From NCBI GenBank assembly GCA_010093995.1, contig ML992503.1, positions 1,689,356 through 1,753,355 of the forward strand: a DNA stretch of 64,000 bases, read 5' to 3'. Position numbers and translations under genes: made by a program. The number at the start of each line of letters is the position of its first letter. Position 1 is the first letter of the stretch. Positions 35,429 to 47,354 of the stretch are shown here, in pieces. Below the pieces are notes generated by a model. The model was not told the DNA's origin and did not search any database. It saw only the letters and a program-made list of their open reading frames with translations. The stretch is from Elsinoe ampelina (Eukaryota).

Positions 35429-38392
35429 CTACCTCCTCACACCACACAAACACCCACAATCCGGCACCGGACACATCCCATGCTTCGCAAACCACTGCTT
35501 CGCATGATTCGCATGCAACCCATGATTACAGCTCGCGCAAAACGTCACGAACCTCCCCAACGCAGCATCCATATTCTTCCCCTCGCCCTTCTTCCCCTCC
35601 TTGCTATCACTCAAGCTATCACTCCTCAACGACCCACCTCTGCCTTTCTGGCCCCTCGCACTCGTCATCTCGGGCGTACCGAGCCATTGCATACACACCG
35701 CGCAACGAGGTAGATGTCTCCCGCATCTCGGACAAGTGGTGCCGCTCGCGTTTGCGACTTTTTGCGCCGTGACGCCAGTGTTGGACTTTATGCCGCTGAC
35801 GGGGGAATCGAAGCTCATCTTCGCTTTTGGGTGGGAGTCGGTGGTGGTGGATCGAGCGAGGCTGCCATTGCAGTGCACGCAGCGGAGACTGATCTGGCGT
35901 GGCTGCGCGGGGATGAGTTTGGTGCCGTCTTTCTTGACGGCTAGTCGGGCGTGTTCGACGGAAAATTTGGTGCGTTCGATGAAGAGACGCCAGGACTGGA
36001 GGAGGTCGAAGTAGGTTTCTTTCCATAGGGACCAGCGGATGTCGGACACGTAGAGAGGGTTGGTGAAGGCTGTGGCGAGGACGCAGGTTTGAATGTCCGA
36101 GGAGCGGGCGAGGTAGGCTTGAAAGAGGGGTATGGCTGTTTCTGTTAAGCCGGTGAGGAGGACACCGGGGAGAAGGCCTTGGTTGATGCATGTTTGACTT
36201 GTGCTGCTGATGAACTCTGATAGTGACTCGTTGTCGAGATACCGTAAAGCGACAGATACACGATCGGAGAGGATGAGCGTGGACATCTCCGTCACCGATT
36301 TCCAATCGTTGCTTCCGATGTAGCGCAATATCGATTTGAGATACGGGTCTGTCGCATCTTCTTCCATCCAGCTGCACATCTCCCTCTGTTGATCGTTGAG
36401 CTCCTTCGCGGCTAGTAGTGCTCCAACTCCAGTGTCGCTGATCAAATTCCGCCTTGTGAGGTTCCGCAGCATATTCAAGGCCAAGTCTGGGTGTCCTTGA
36501 TAGACAGCCAAGGCCACTGCTCGATAGAAAGATCGTTGCTCCAGCAGGGTACCACATTTGCTCTCCACTGCTTGCGCAGAAAAGCACCAACCGCATAGCT
36601 CAAGACACAGCATTCGTTTCCAGTAAGTCTTCTTGTCTAGATTATCCAGTAATGTCAGACCATGAAGGCTGCCAATGTACTCCAGTCCAGCATTGAAAGC
36701 GGCAGTGGAGAAGGTCTTTCCCGGGAGCAATCTATTCTTGCTCTCGCCCAAATCGCCTATCCAAACCCCTTGAACGCCGTAGAAGCTGAGATCCATTGTC
36801 TCGGACGTCATACCTCCCTTGGCACTCAAGCTCTCAAGCCTATTGATCACTCCCCACATCCTTTCTAGATCAGGATCATCTTTGACAATCTGTCTGTTCC
36901 GAGCACAGTCAAGCCTGTATCCCTCCATGCAGCGGCGTTTGTGGATGTTGATTAGCGCCAGGGCATCTGGGAATTCGTGCGTCTTCAGCAGTGGTGATAT
37001 CATGTGGGGTGGACCTCCTTGGATCCACGACTGAGTTCGCTGTAGAGTCAGATTGGGTTCTTGAAGCGTCTCCAGCGTTTGAGCATTCAGCGGTCTCGTG
37101 TCGAGTGATCGTCGGCCACGGTGGCCTGATATTGATTGACGAGCCGGCCGTATTCTGCTGTCCATTCGCTTTTTGACTTCCAAAGCATCGTCCGCAGACT
37201 GCTGATATGCCGTGCGTGGTGCGATCACCTTGAGCCCATTCTGTGCGAGCGCCATCTCGTCTCGAGCTGTGATCTTCACGAATTGCGGATTCGGTGCTTT
37301 CAATGTATTGACCTCCCGAGTGAGCCGAAGTGCCATCAGCGACTGGCCTTCTGCCGGCCCATGAGTGATCCAATCAAATGCGATGAACCTTGTGCTTTCA
37401 TCATGACCATGCACTTTGTCGTAGAAAGGGTACTGGATATCATGTGTGTGGGAAACGTACTGTGGTCCGTTCCAAGCATTCCCGCCATAGTAATTTGCTG
37501 ATGGCGGAACACGTGGCCGCACCGTCATGGAATGAGTCGACAGGTCGTATAATCTTATCGCACCACTGCTGCCCATTACCGCAAAGCGACCCCGTCTCAA
37601 GCCCGAGAAACGTATACTCCATATTGTGCTGGTCTGTGAATTATCGATCGCGGGCCGCAGGTCTAGCACAGAGGGACTCCCCGCTCCATCCCCAATGGCC
37701 ATGTTCGATTTGGCAAGCCATCTCCGATCCCAGATGCTGACTGTCGGGTCGCCAGTGGAGCCTCCTGAGGCGAAGTAATTGTCATCCAGAGGATCTATGG
37801 CTATATTGTTGACCTGTCGAGTATAGACTGATGAGCCTGTGCTTCCAGTGCCGAAGGAGGGATCCCTCAAATCGTAGAGACGAAGTGTTTGTCTAGCAAC
37901 AGCGGCCACTATTTCCTGAGGTCGACTTGGAAAGAATCTCACTGAACTGACTGCCTCGCCAATACAGAGCTTGCTGTAGGGTTCTTTACCGCCACCAACG
38001 TCGTAGATGTTCAGGCAGTGATCATTCCTTACTCTGTCCAGACCTACCGCCAGAAGCTTGTCCGGATTAAATGAGATCGAGTTGCATTTTCGTTGCGTAC
38101 CGCGAGGGAATGTGAGCACTGGTTGAATGCTTCGTTGTTCAGTATCAATCTTGACCAAAGATGACTCTCCAGAAGACAATCCGAGTGCCAGGAGGGAGTT
38201 GTTGGCTTTTGACCAATCGAATGCTGTGAAATTAGGGACTTTGTCATATCTCGCGATTCGTTCACTTTGTAACTCTCCGGTGGAATCCGAGCGCGACTCG
38301 TTCAGCGTGATCGAGTTGCCAGCGACGTCCACGATCAGGTAGCGGTGGGCATCATGTGATGGTGAGGGAGCCCACCTGATAGCAGCCTCCAT
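35429..38392 (-). CDS. SEA4: SEA/GATOR2 complex subunit Sea4/Mio
   Basis: N-terminal WD40 repeats (LAVGLDRVRNDHCLNIYD), solenoid region, and C-terminal RING-like CPRCGRHLPRCAVC...CASCNHGLHANHAKQWF...CPVPDCGCLC. Confidence 0.9.
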   Translation of the reverse strand: MEAAIRWAPSPSHDAHRYLIVDVAGNSITLNESRSDSTGELQSERIARYDKVPNFTAFDWSKANNSLLALGLSSGESSLVKIDTEQRSIQPVLTFPRGTQRKCNSISFNPDKLLAVGLDRVRNDHCLNIYDVGGGKEPYSKLCIGEAVSSVRFFPSRPQEIVAAVARQTLRLYDLRDPSFGTGSTGSSVYTRQVNNIAIDPLDDNYFASGGSTGDPTVSIWDRRWLAKSNMAIGDGAGSPSVLDLRPAIDNSQTSTIWSIRFSGLRRGRFAVMGSSGAIRLYDLSTHSMTVRPRVPPSANYYGGNAWNGPQYVSHTHDIQYPFYDKVHGHDESTRFIAFDWITHGPAEGQSLMALRLTREVNTLKAPNPQFVKITARDEMALAQNGLKVIAPRTAYQQSADDALEVKKRMDSRIRPARQSISGHRGRRSLDTRPLNAQTLETLQEPNLTLQRTQSWIQGGPPHMISPLLKTHEFPDALALINIHKRRCMEGYRLDCARNRQIVKDDPDLERMWGVINRLESLSAKGGMTSETMDLSFYGVQGVWIGDLGESKNRLLPGKTFSTAAFNAGLEYIGSLHGLTLLDNLDKKTYWKRMLCLELCGWCFSAQAVESKCGTLLEQRSFYRAVALAVYQGHPDLALNMLRNLTRRNLISDTGVGALLAAKELNDQQREMCSWMEEDATDPYLKSILRYIGSNDWKSVTEMSTLILSDRVSVALRYLDNESLSEFISSTSQTCINQGLLPGVLLTGLTETAIPLFQAYLARSSDIQTCVLATAFTNPLYVSDIRWSLWKETYFDLLQSWRLFIERTKFSVEHARLAVKKDGTKLIPAQPRQISLRCVHCNGSLARSTTTDSHPKAKMSFDSPVSGIKSNTGVTAQKVANASGTTCPRCGRHLPRCAVCMQWLGTPEMTSARGQKGRGGSLRSDSLSDSKEGKKGEGKNMDAALGRFVTFCASCNHGLHANHAKQWFAKHGMCPVPDCGCLCGVRR

Positions 38393-38778
38393 GGCAAGCG
38401 ATCATGGGGTGTCAGCTTACAGGACGTGCCACAATACCATCTTCGCCCAATGCAGGCATGCTTCTTGTTTCTGCATCAAGCCAGGTGGCGGGCGATTTGG
38501 GATGCATGCACTTTCAGAGGTGAAGCACGTGCAGTAGCCCACAGAAGCTCGATACAGTAGGCGCCGGAGATAACTCGGCATTCAGAGCTTCCGAGTTCGG
38601 GCGGTGACACGCCAACCACAGCTTCGACATCATCACACTTGTCGCGTCCACAACTCACCACATCGACCTCGCATTCGCTGCGGATGAGAAGTCACTCATT
38701 CGGTCGGTCTATGCGACCGGATTTCGCGCTTTGTGATCTTCACTCCGCGCGTTCTTGACGGCTCTGCAACCGCCCAAC

Positions 38779-40959
38779 ATGTCGACAGACGTACTACCTC
38801 AGCATGTCTCGATCACTATGCCTGACCTTCGCGCGATCAATCAGCCAGCTCAAATGGATCCAGATGTCTCTGCGACTCTCACAGACTTTCTCGCTTATAC
38901 GGAGCACCTACCCTCGGCCGTCATCAGGTCGATGACTTTGATCGGCGAACAGGACAAGATCGCATCCGAATCACAGCAGCGCATACACGAGCTCTTGACG
39001 ATATACAGCACTCTGCCAACTCTGAAAGACAAGAGCGGTATTCCAGATGCTGCTACATTGCGAAAAGAGGTCAGTCTGGCATATGCTCGTCTCGAGAAGG
39101 CTCGGCGCATGGCAGCGGCGGAGAGTGTGAGGATCTCGGAAATGGTGAACAAGGACGTGATACGTCTGGACGTGATTACACGGAAGCTCAAAACAATGCC
39201 GATGCCACCATCAAGGGACCCAACACCGGAGCCTGTCTCTTCGCCGCAGATGAAGAAGTCGCAACCCGTCTCCGAGAAGCGGGCAGCGCATCGAGTTGGA
39301 TCTGCCCCAAGAGTTCGTGGGAGAAAGATCATGGTCCCTGGAGAAGTCTTGCCGCCACCAAATCCTGACTCTCCTCCACCTAGTGAACCGTCCGACGTTG
39401 AATCAATCCCGCCGTCATCACCACCAGCAGAGAGAAAGAGGCAGAAGAGCACTGGGAGACCAAGAACACCGAAGCCGCCGAAAGAACCGAAGGACAAGAA
39501 GGAGAAGGACAAGACTGCCACACCAAAGCCTCCACGAGTGAGAACACCTGGACAGCCCGGCACCAACGTGCACTCATCGGTAGCTGGAATTAGCACCTCG
39601 AATGCTCTACTAGCTCTGGTTCCTCCGCCCAACGATGCTGTCCCTGGAAGCAAATGGCTGCCTTGGAAACGTATCACAGAGTATGAGCTTGCGAAATTGC
39701 GCAAGCGTATGAAGAAGAATGCCATTTGGCTGCCATCACCTGCGATGCGCAATCGTGAGCTCAAAATCTTGGGACGTGGACAGCAAGCCATGGAGGTCGC
39801 TCGTCAACGATCGCAAGATACGGGGGAGCCATTTATAGATGAGTATGGGCCGGCCTGGTCAGATCCGACTCGTGCTGTTATGTCTGGCGAGGAACGACAA
39901 GAAATCAATGACATGATTGTCCCTGAGCTGGACGGGGGTGACGAAGATGAGCTTATGAATAGGGGCATGCGCTTGAACGAGGCAAAGAAACGCAAGAGGG
40001 AGAAGATGCTTGAAGAGCAAGCGATACAAGCACAACTCAGCGCTGAGCAAAACGCGGCAGAAGCAAGCGCGGCACCGGCTACTGCAACAAACAAGGATAT
40101 CCCAGAAGACACAAAAGCGACCCTCAAGCCACCAGGTACATCAAAGAAGCGCAAACGGGACACCACGCCCAGCGCCAACAAGACCTCAAAGACTGCCTCT
40201 CCAGACACAACCCAGCAACCCAAGAAGATCAAGCTCACCATCCCTGCCCAGACCAACACAGGTTCTTCCTCATCTAATTCCCGCTCGCCTCTAAACCCCA
40301 AAGCCGAGGCTCGCTCTCCCAAACCTCGCAGTCGTAACGTCTCTATCGCCCCTGACACATCCACCACGACCATGGACCCGCCTGCCGAGCCCCGTCGCAC
40401 AAACCACAAAATCACACTCAAACGCAGCAAAGCCGCCTCCGCCGAACCCCCAAACCGGCGACTCGCTCTCCGCCGCGGCAGCAACACCTCCCTCCCCGGC
40501 GCCCACCGAGCCGGTAGCGTCGACTCCCGCCCCTCCCGCGACGAACCCTCTGCCCAAGAAACCACCACGGCCGGCCGCTCGCGCCGCAAACGCCCAGCCC
40601 CGGGCCTGATCACAGCAGACGAAGACGGCCGCGCCAAGAGCGCCGTTGGCAAACGCAAAGCTGCGCCCAAGAAACGCGGACGCAAATCCGACACTGGCAT
40701 CAAAGATGAAGAAGCCGAGGTGGAGGAGAAGGAGGAGATTGATCCCAACGAGCCACGTTATTGTCTGTGTGGAGACGTGAGTTACGGCACCATGGTTGCG
40801 TGCGAGAGTATCAATTGTCCGATTGAGTGGTTTCACCTCGGGTGTGTGGATTTGCAAGAGATGCCGCCTAGGTTGGCGAAGTGGTATTGTCCCGAGTGTA
40901 GGGTCGGGGATGTGGAGAAGGGGAGTGAGACGAATGGGATTGTGAAGAGGGGAAAGTAG
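38779..40959 (+). CDS. ING-family PHD-finger chromatin protein
   Basis: N-terminal DFLAYTEHLPSAVIRSMTLI helix; C-terminal PHD EPRYCLCGDVSYGTMVACESINCPIEWFHLGCV...WYCPEC. Confidence 0.88.
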   Translation: MSTDVLPQHVSITMPDLRAINQPAQMDPDVSATLTDFLAYTEHLPSAVIRSMTLIGEQDKIASESQQRIHELLTIYSTLPTLKDKSGIPDAATLRKEVSLAYARLEKARRMAAAESVRISEMVNKDVIRLDVITRKLKTMPMPPSRDPTPEPVSSPQMKKSQPVSEKRAAHRVGSAPRVRGRKIMVPGEVLPPPNPDSPPPSEPSDVESIPPSSPPAERKRQKSTGRPRTPKPPKEPKDKKEKDKTATPKPPRVRTPGQPGTNVHSSVAGISTSNALLALVPPPNDAVPGSKWLPWKRITEYELAKLRKRMKKNAIWLPSPAMRNRELKILGRGQQAMEVARQRSQDTGEPFIDEYGPAWSDPTRAVMSGEERQEINDMIVPELDGGDEDELMNRGMRLNEAKKRKREKMLEEQAIQAQLSAEQNAAEASAAPATATNKDIPEDTKATLKPPGTSKKRKRDTTPSANKTSKTASPDTTQQPKKIKLTIPAQTNTGSSSSNSRSPLNPKAEARSPKPRSRNVSIAPDTSTTTMDPPAEPRRTNHKITLKRSKAASAEPPNRRLALRRGSNTSLPGAHRAGSVDSRPSRDEPSAQETTTAGRSRRKRPAPGLITADEDGRAKSAVGKRKAAPKKRGRKSDTGIKDEEAEVEEKEEIDPNEPRYCLCGDVSYGTMVACESINCPIEWFHLGCVDLQEMPPRLAKWYCPECRVGDVEKGSETNGIVKRGK

Positions 40960-41314
40960 GCTAGGCGATGGAGGAGGGAGGAGGGGAGGCCTGAGGAGCG
41001 GGTCGGGTGGAGAGGGTCATTGAAAGCGGTGTGGTGTTTGCTTAGTGGTTGGGGTGTTATTGGGTGTGCATGGCGTTACGGTGTAGATGGAGTCGAGCGG
41101 TATACCCTATGATATGCAGTCTTTCAGCAGAGAAATTAACGGACGGTCGTTCTCGGCTCTACTCGTGTCGTGAAGTGTTCGCCATCGCGTGCACGGATAC
41201 GCTGAATGGGATGCAGATTTGCTCAGATCACGTTATGAATGGAATTATTGCCAATTCCATTGTAGAGCTAGCAAATGTATCTGATTCTGTTCTCGTTTTC
41301 CACATCAGATCTAC

Positions 41315-42878
41315 CTAAGCCTCCCTCGTCTCCACCCTCTCAATCTCGTTCTTCTTCTCCTGCGCCATCGCGCCCTCAGGATCCTGCAACGCGTGCACGA
41401 CCAAATCATCCCCGAACAGCTGATCCATCTGCTCCAACGTCCTGCCCTTCGTCTCCGGGTAGAACAAAATATAGCAAACGAACGCAATGACGTTGAACAC
41501 GAAGAAGACGTAAAAGTACCTGAACTCAATCGACGTCAACGCGCCTGGGGAGAACTGAGCGAAGATCAAATTGATGGTCCAATTCGTGAAAGTCGTGATC
41601 GCATTACCCAACGCGCGAACTTCGACGGGGAAGATCTCGGCTGGGTACACCCAGGAGATGACGCCCAGAGGGGTGTAGAAGAGCGAGAAGACAAAATTCA
41701 TGGCGACCATGGAGCGGAGCTGGGCGGGCGGGGCGCCGCTGATGTATTGGCCCATGACTGCGTTGGCGAGGAGGGCAGAGGCGAGACCGAAGGCGGAGAT
41801 GATCAGGGGCTTGACGCGGCCGATCTTGTCGAGGGTGAGGAGCATGATGGTGCAGTAGATGACGGAGAGGCCGCCGCTGATGCCGACGATGAGGAGGGAT
41901 TCTTGAACGCCGATGTTGATGATCTCGTAGATACGAGGGCCGTAATAGTTGATGACGTTGATTCCCGAAAGAGGTCCGAAGGCCTGTACACCGCAGCCGA
42001 GGAGTAGTCGTTTCCTCCAAGAGGCCTTGGTGAAGATTGTCTTCCATGAGGTCTGGTTGGCAGCACGGTCGGCAGCGACGACGTCGATGATCTCCTTCAA
42101 TTCAAGCTCGATCAAGTGTTCGGTGTCCGTGGTGCCGTCATCGCGGAGCTTGAACAAGGCGGAGCGGGCTTCCTCGTGGCGGTCACGCTCGACAAGCCAG
42201 CGAGGAGACTCTTGGAGGAACCAGATACCGCCCATCAAGATGAGAGCGGGCAGGCATTGAAAGGCAAGTGGGAAGCGCCATTGGACAGGGCCATTGAGGA
42301 AGGTGAAGCCGTAGCCGAGCCATTGAGCTACAAGGAAACCTATAGACAGGAACCACTGCAGGAGACCGGAGAGCAGACCACGGTACTTTGCTTCGGACAA
42401 CTCGGCAGCGTACATACTGTTGATGTATTAGTATTCGTGAGGTATGATGCAGTTGCTGAATCTTACGGAATCGTCGACGTGAGCATACCAACGGACACAC
42501 CTCCGATAAAGCGACCGACGATGAGCATAGCCATGGCCGCCGCACCTCCCTGAAGAGCAGCGCCTAGTAGACCTACGGTGGCGCCATAGAAGATGGTCAT
42601 CTTCCGGCCGACCTTGTGTGCGAACAACATGTTGATGATAGTTCCCAGCATGGCACCTCCCTGGAAGGCAGAGACAATACCTCCGACGGTGTCATCGCTA
42701 GGGTTGTTGAAGTATCGCTCGAATTCTGGGACGGCGATCGTGGAGGTGATAATACCGGAGTCATATCCGAAGAGGAAACCTAGGCTTATTAGATTTGCTC
42801 ATACTTGCTCGCGTAGAGTAGCAAAATACCACCAATGGCCAAGAAGGCCGCGGAGCCCCATGTCACGGCTCTACCCAT
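41315..42878 (-). CDS. MFS sugar porter; introns 42780-42829, 42417-42466
   Basis: GGFLFGYDSG, KVGRK, QESPRWL, WVYPAEIFP and YPETKGRTLEQMD motifs. Confidence 0.92.
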
Positions 42879-43181
42879 ATTGACTGTATCTCGGCAACCC
42901 AAATGTATTTGTGGAATACAACGGGCTAAGGTGAGCGTTCCCTTGCGAGGAAAGGATAGAAGAGATAAGTGACTAATACAAGGAGTATCTGGGGATTGAG
43001 CAGGTGGAGGAGGTGCAGATCTTAAGCTCGTCCAGTCCTTGGAGGACTTGCACTAGGCGGGGCCATGATCGTCCTGCATAGTCAGTAAACTAATCACCCC
43101 CAGATAGACGATGCAGAGGCGTCCTGGGCAAAACGACAACATGACATGCAGCGAATCCGCGAGGTTACCGCTGAGGCAGCG

Positions 43182-43198
43182 CGGCGCAAAGAAGACCG
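43182..43198. promoter_or_regulatory. CGG-N11-CCG candidate Zn2Cys6 site in the divergent transporter/rhamnosidase promoter
   Basis: cgg-cgcaaagaaga-ccg; a CGG-N10-CCG follows at 43215-43230. One hit in about 1 kb is weak evidence. Confidence 0.35.
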
Positions 43199-43832
43199 CG
43201 AATGACCAACTTCGCGGCGTTGATGGCCCGAAATACGGTCGAGACAACATGACAGCATGATCTGCACCAGGAATAGACGCTGAAGATGCTTCAGCTTCGG
43301 AGGGCGCTGTAGCGAGTTGCAAGGGTTGGGAACGGGCAGATTTGATTGTGTCAGCCCAGACTTGGGCATCATTGGCGCAGGCCAGGGGGCAAAACTCCGC
43401 TCCATCTGCCTGAGCCTGTCTCGAGTTGAGCCGCGGTCCACGCCACCACCCTTCCCCATCAAATCCCTTCACATGCTCAGACCATCGCGACGTGGAGACC
43501 ACCACGCTAGACCGGTATTCCCCGTGGGCATCAGATGCACGATCCACAACCATGTGTTCGAAAGGATCTGCTACCCCTGGCTCGCTGTGACATTGTCCCG
43601 AAGTGGGCTGTGAATTTGGGTCTGGTCGACTAATATCCAGCGACGACTGCGGTAGTTGTGGAAATACGCTCATCCGGAGATCGCGTTCGCGCAAATACAG
43701 ACCGTGTCTGCAAGTTACGATGAAACTAATGAAAGCCACGCTTGCCACAAGACCTGAAGCGTGAGCGTATTAGCTAGACGAGGGTAGTCCTGCTGGTCCA
43801 GATCTAGATCATTGCAAGAAGCATCAGAAAAT

Positions 43833-46577
43833 ATGCATTTCCTGAGATCTGGCATACACGGCTTCCACGAGACCGTCGGAATCGATGTGGATGAGCTGCG
43901 TTTCTGGTGGGCGCTGGCTAGCGATATAGTTGATGATCGTCAGACCGCCTACCAAATACTCGTATCCACAGACCAAAAAGCTCTGCAGTCGGGTCATTCT
44001 GGTGATGCCCCTGGACGCGTTTGGGATTCAGGCAAAGTCTCCGGAGATGTCCAACGCAATGTGATATGCAAACCGGAGTCGGGTTTCGCAGCAACCACAT
44101 GCCACTTCTGGACGGTCACGGTCTGGGATGCTGAAGGCAAGACGCACACCTCCGACGTCAACACCTTTTTCACTGCCTATCCTCGGTCTCACTTGTTGCC
44201 ACCATGGAGTATGAACCAGACATACATGCCTCATACCAGCTTGATATTCCGAGCATGGCTCGAGAATGAGCATGACAGATGGAAGGGCGTTTGGATTGGT
44301 GACGGCGGCGACAAGCCAATCTATCTTCGCAAAGCATTCAGAATTGACAAGAAGCCACAAAGAGCATACGTTCTCGCGTCTGGTCTCGGTCATTTCAACC
44401 TCAGCGTGAATGGCCAAGCTGCATCGAATCATGTTCTCGACCCTGGTTGGACCAACTACCATCGAACAGTGCAATTTGTCGGATACGACGTCTCCACCCA
44501 GATCAGACAAGGCAGTAATGCGATCGGTGCCCATATCGGCAATGGCTTCTATGCTGGTGATCAAGGTGATCGCTTCTTCTGGCCGATGTATGAAGACAAC
44601 ACTTATGTCCGATACGGCAACGAGCTCTGCTTCTTCGCCGAGCTGCACCTTTTCTTCGAAGATGGGAGCCATGAGGTGATGCACACGGATCCTTCATGGA
44701 AAGTCCGCAGGTCAGCAACGACTCTCGCCAACATCTACGCTTCTGAGGACCACGACAGGAGGCAGTACCCCACTGGCTGGGACGCCGACTACTTTGACGA
44801 CGCGTCGTGGTCGCCTGCAAAACCTCTGACCGGACCTCGAGGCCAGCTGCGGTATCAGAGCCAGCCTCCGGTAACCCTGCATGAAGTGTTCGAGCCGGTC
44901 AAGACGACTTCCCCAAAGACTGGCACTGTGTGCTATGACCTCGGTCAAAACGCTTCCATCATGGTCAAAATCAAGGTCCAGGGCAAGGCGGGCGACGAAG
45001 TGATCATTCGCTACGCCGAGACTGCGCGAGACGACGGCACAGTGCTCATGCCTGATAAGCTGTTCAAACAATTCGAAACGCACGTCTACTCCAAGATCAT
45101 CTTGTCAGGCGACGGAGTCGAAGAGTGGACGCCCGACTTTTGCTTCACAGCAGCTCGATACCTCCAGGTTGAAGGCGTCTCACTCGAAGAGGGGACTGAT
45201 TTACCGGTCATAAAGTCAATTGTCGGCCAGCATGTATCTTCTGCAGCTCGCCGGCTTGGATCCGTCAAGACCGATGTCGACGATGTCAATCAACTCATCA
45301 ATGCCTGTTACTGGTCGTTCGCGAGCAACCTGTTCAGCTACCACACGGATTGTCCCCAGATTGAAAAGTTTGGCTGGCTGGAAGTGACACATCTCCTCGC
45401 GCCATCTACTCAGTATATCAGAGATATGGAGAGTCTCTACAGCAAGATCTTGGATGATATTTTGGACACCCAAGAGTCAACCGGACTCGTGCCCACCATG
45501 GCACCAGAGATTCGTTACATGTGCGGCCCCCTCCATGACACCATCACATGGGGCTGTGCTTTGTGCTTCCTTCCAGATATTTTGAAGAAGTACTACGGCT
45601 CAACGCACGTTATACCCAAGGTCTTCCCAGCCGCTCGCCGATACATGGAGTACATCTCCAAGAAAGAACGTCAAGGCGGCCTGATCGAGCATGGTCTTGG
45701 TGACTGGGGTCGGGATATCGCATTCGGCAATCACCAAGCCAATCTCGAAACGGCAGTGTACTACCACTGTTTAAGGTGCGTGGAGATGATGGCACGCGAG
45801 CTGGGCGAGAAAGAGGAAGAAGCCAAGTGGAAGAAAGAGGCGGAGAGGATATACGCAGTATACAATAAGCACCTCCTCATCACGGACGACGAGGAAGTGG
45901 GCCATGCGTATTACACCTCACTTGATGCGTACCCGAAGCGCGACCGCACCGCTGTCGCCCAAGGTGTAGCGCTGCAATTTGGACTCGTACCCAAGGATAA
46001 GATAGCAGATGTGGAGAAGGCTTTCCTCGCTGACGTCGCAGACTGCCGGATCCGGGCTGGCGAGATTGGCTTAAAGTACCTGTGGGAGACACTTGGTGAT
46101 CTCAAGCGACCCGACGTTGTGTTAGCCATGGCTAGGCAAGAGGAGCATCCCAGCTACATGCGATTCCTGCGACGAGGAGAGACGACTTTGCTCGAGTTCT
46201 GGCAGGATGAGTGTAGGAGTAAGAGCCACGATATGCTTGGGACCATCTATGAGTGGTTCTACGCGAACGTGTTGGGCATCAAGCCAGTCGGGGAGGCGTA
46301 CAAAACATTTATTGTCAACCCGGCTTGGGAAAGTGAGTTTGGAAAAGTGCAAGGGAATGTGGACACTCCGTACGGTGATGTCGCGGTTACCTGGGAGAAG
46401 AAGTCTGGTGGCTATGCGCTGGACGTCACCGTGCCTTTCGGTACCACAGCGACAATCAAGCTGCCCGAGGGTACAAGCAAAGCGAGTTTCGAGAGAGAGA
46501 AGGGGGGGAAGCAACAGGTCGATGGCAAGAGTATCGAGCTTCGGCATGGTGCGTACTCATTCGATATCTCTGCATGA
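43833..46577 (+). CDS. GH78 alpha-L-rhamnosidase, intronless, no signal peptide
   Basis: VLDPGWTNYHRTVQF, YDLGQN, TDCPQIEKFGWL, GLGDW, GETTLLEFW and SKSHDMLG motifs. Confidence 0.9.
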   Translation: MHFLRSGIHGFHETVGIDVDELRFWWALASDIVDDRQTAYQILVSTDQKALQSGHSGDAPGRVWDSGKVSGDVQRNVICKPESGFAATTCHFWTVTVWDAEGKTHTSDVNTFFTAYPRSHLLPPWSMNQTYMPHTSLIFRAWLENEHDRWKGVWIGDGGDKPIYLRKAFRIDKKPQRAYVLASGLGHFNLSVNGQAASNHVLDPGWTNYHRTVQFVGYDVSTQIRQGSNAIGAHIGNGFYAGDQGDRFFWPMYEDNTYVRYGNELCFFAELHLFFEDGSHEVMHTDPSWKVRRSATTLANIYASEDHDRRQYPTGWDADYFDDASWSPAKPLTGPRGQLRYQSQPPVTLHEVFEPVKTTSPKTGTVCYDLGQNASIMVKIKVQGKAGDEVIIRYAETARDDGTVLMPDKLFKQFETHVYSKIILSGDGVEEWTPDFCFTAARYLQVEGVSLEEGTDLPVIKSIVGQHVSSAARRLGSVKTDVDDVNQLINACYWSFASNLFSYHTDCPQIEKFGWLEVTHLLAPSTQYIRDMESLYSKILDDILDTQESTGLVPTMAPEIRYMCGPLHDTITWGCALCFLPDILKKYYGSTHVIPKVFPAARRYMEYISKKERQGGLIEHGLGDWGRDIAFGNHQANLETAVYYHCLRCVEMMARELGEKEEEAKWKKEAERIYAVYNKHLLITDDEEVGHAYYTSLDAYPKRDRTAVAQGVALQFGLVPKDKIADVEKAFLADVADCRIRAGEIGLKYLWETLGDLKRPDVVLAMARQEEHPSYMRFLRRGETTLLEFWQDECRSKSHDMLGTIYEWFYANVLGIKPVGEAYKTFIVNPAWESEFGKVQGNVDTPYGDVAVTWEKKSGGYALDVTVPFGTTATIKLPEGTSKASFEREKGGKQQVDGKSIELRHGAYSFDISA

Positions 46578-46805
46578 TTGAAAAGTCTCGGAATGCCTCT
46601 CATCGCGGAAGGATCTGAATCACAATTGGGAACCTAATTGGCTGAATCCTTACATGAGGGACAGCATGTTGAACGTCGAAGCATGTGCGATCACGTGATC
46701 ACACAGAGGGGTCTTGATAGACGACTCGCGATCCTTCAATTTTGCTCTTGCATTTTCACACAACCACATCCGACCTTACCACAACATTTCACCAACCTCC
46801 TCACA

Positions 46806-47354
46806 ATGGCAAAGAAGATCAAGTTTCCTGCAGGATACTCATCCTCCACCAAGAAAACATTGCGAGAAGCCCTGAAAAAGCCCAAGCCAACGTACACACC
46901 CCAGCAGTCCGAAGAGCACCTCCGCTGGGCGGGCGACGACTGGTCCGGCATGAGCAACAAGGAACGCCAGTTCTACCGAAGCATGTGGTACCGTTGGCAC
47001 GCCCAAGACGATCCTCTCAAAGGCAGGGAAGCACGACAGGCCAACGCCGAGCACGAGCGTGCGCGCAGACAGAGGGACGCCGCGAACCGTAGAGCGCATC
47101 GCGAAGCCGCACACAAGGCACGTGAGATCACTTGGATCGAAAGGGAACGCTTGGCTGTGGAGAGGGCTGAGAGGATCGCTGCTACGTACTCCATCGAGGG
47201 TCTCGAGGCGGTCGAGCACTATGAGAGTGAGACTGCGGATGGCGACGACACGGGAGCGGAACAGGACGATCAAGACTTGAGGTGGATGGAACTATTCATC
47301 TATGAGAATGCTCCAATCGAAGAGAACCTCGGTCAGGGGCAAGAGGGCAGGTGA
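46806..47354 (+). CDS. Hypothetical 182-aa protein (basic N-terminus, coiled-coil middle, acidic tail)
   Basis: Good start context (cacaATGG) and coding-like codon use; no recognised domain. Confidence 0.5.
   Translation: MAKKIKFPAGYSSSTKKTLREALKKPKPTYTPQQSEEHLRWAGDDWSGMSNKERQFYRSMWYRWHAQDDPLKGREARQANAEHERARRQRDAANRRAHREAAHKAREITWIERERLAVERAERIAATYSIEGLEAVEHYESETADGDDTGAEQDDQDLRWMELFIYENAPIEENLGQGQEGR

Noticed and set aside
43053..43748. 231-aa ORF in the transporter/GH78 spacer; likewise 57081-57809
   Set aside because: Non-ATG starts, random-looking composition, and both lie in promoter regions.
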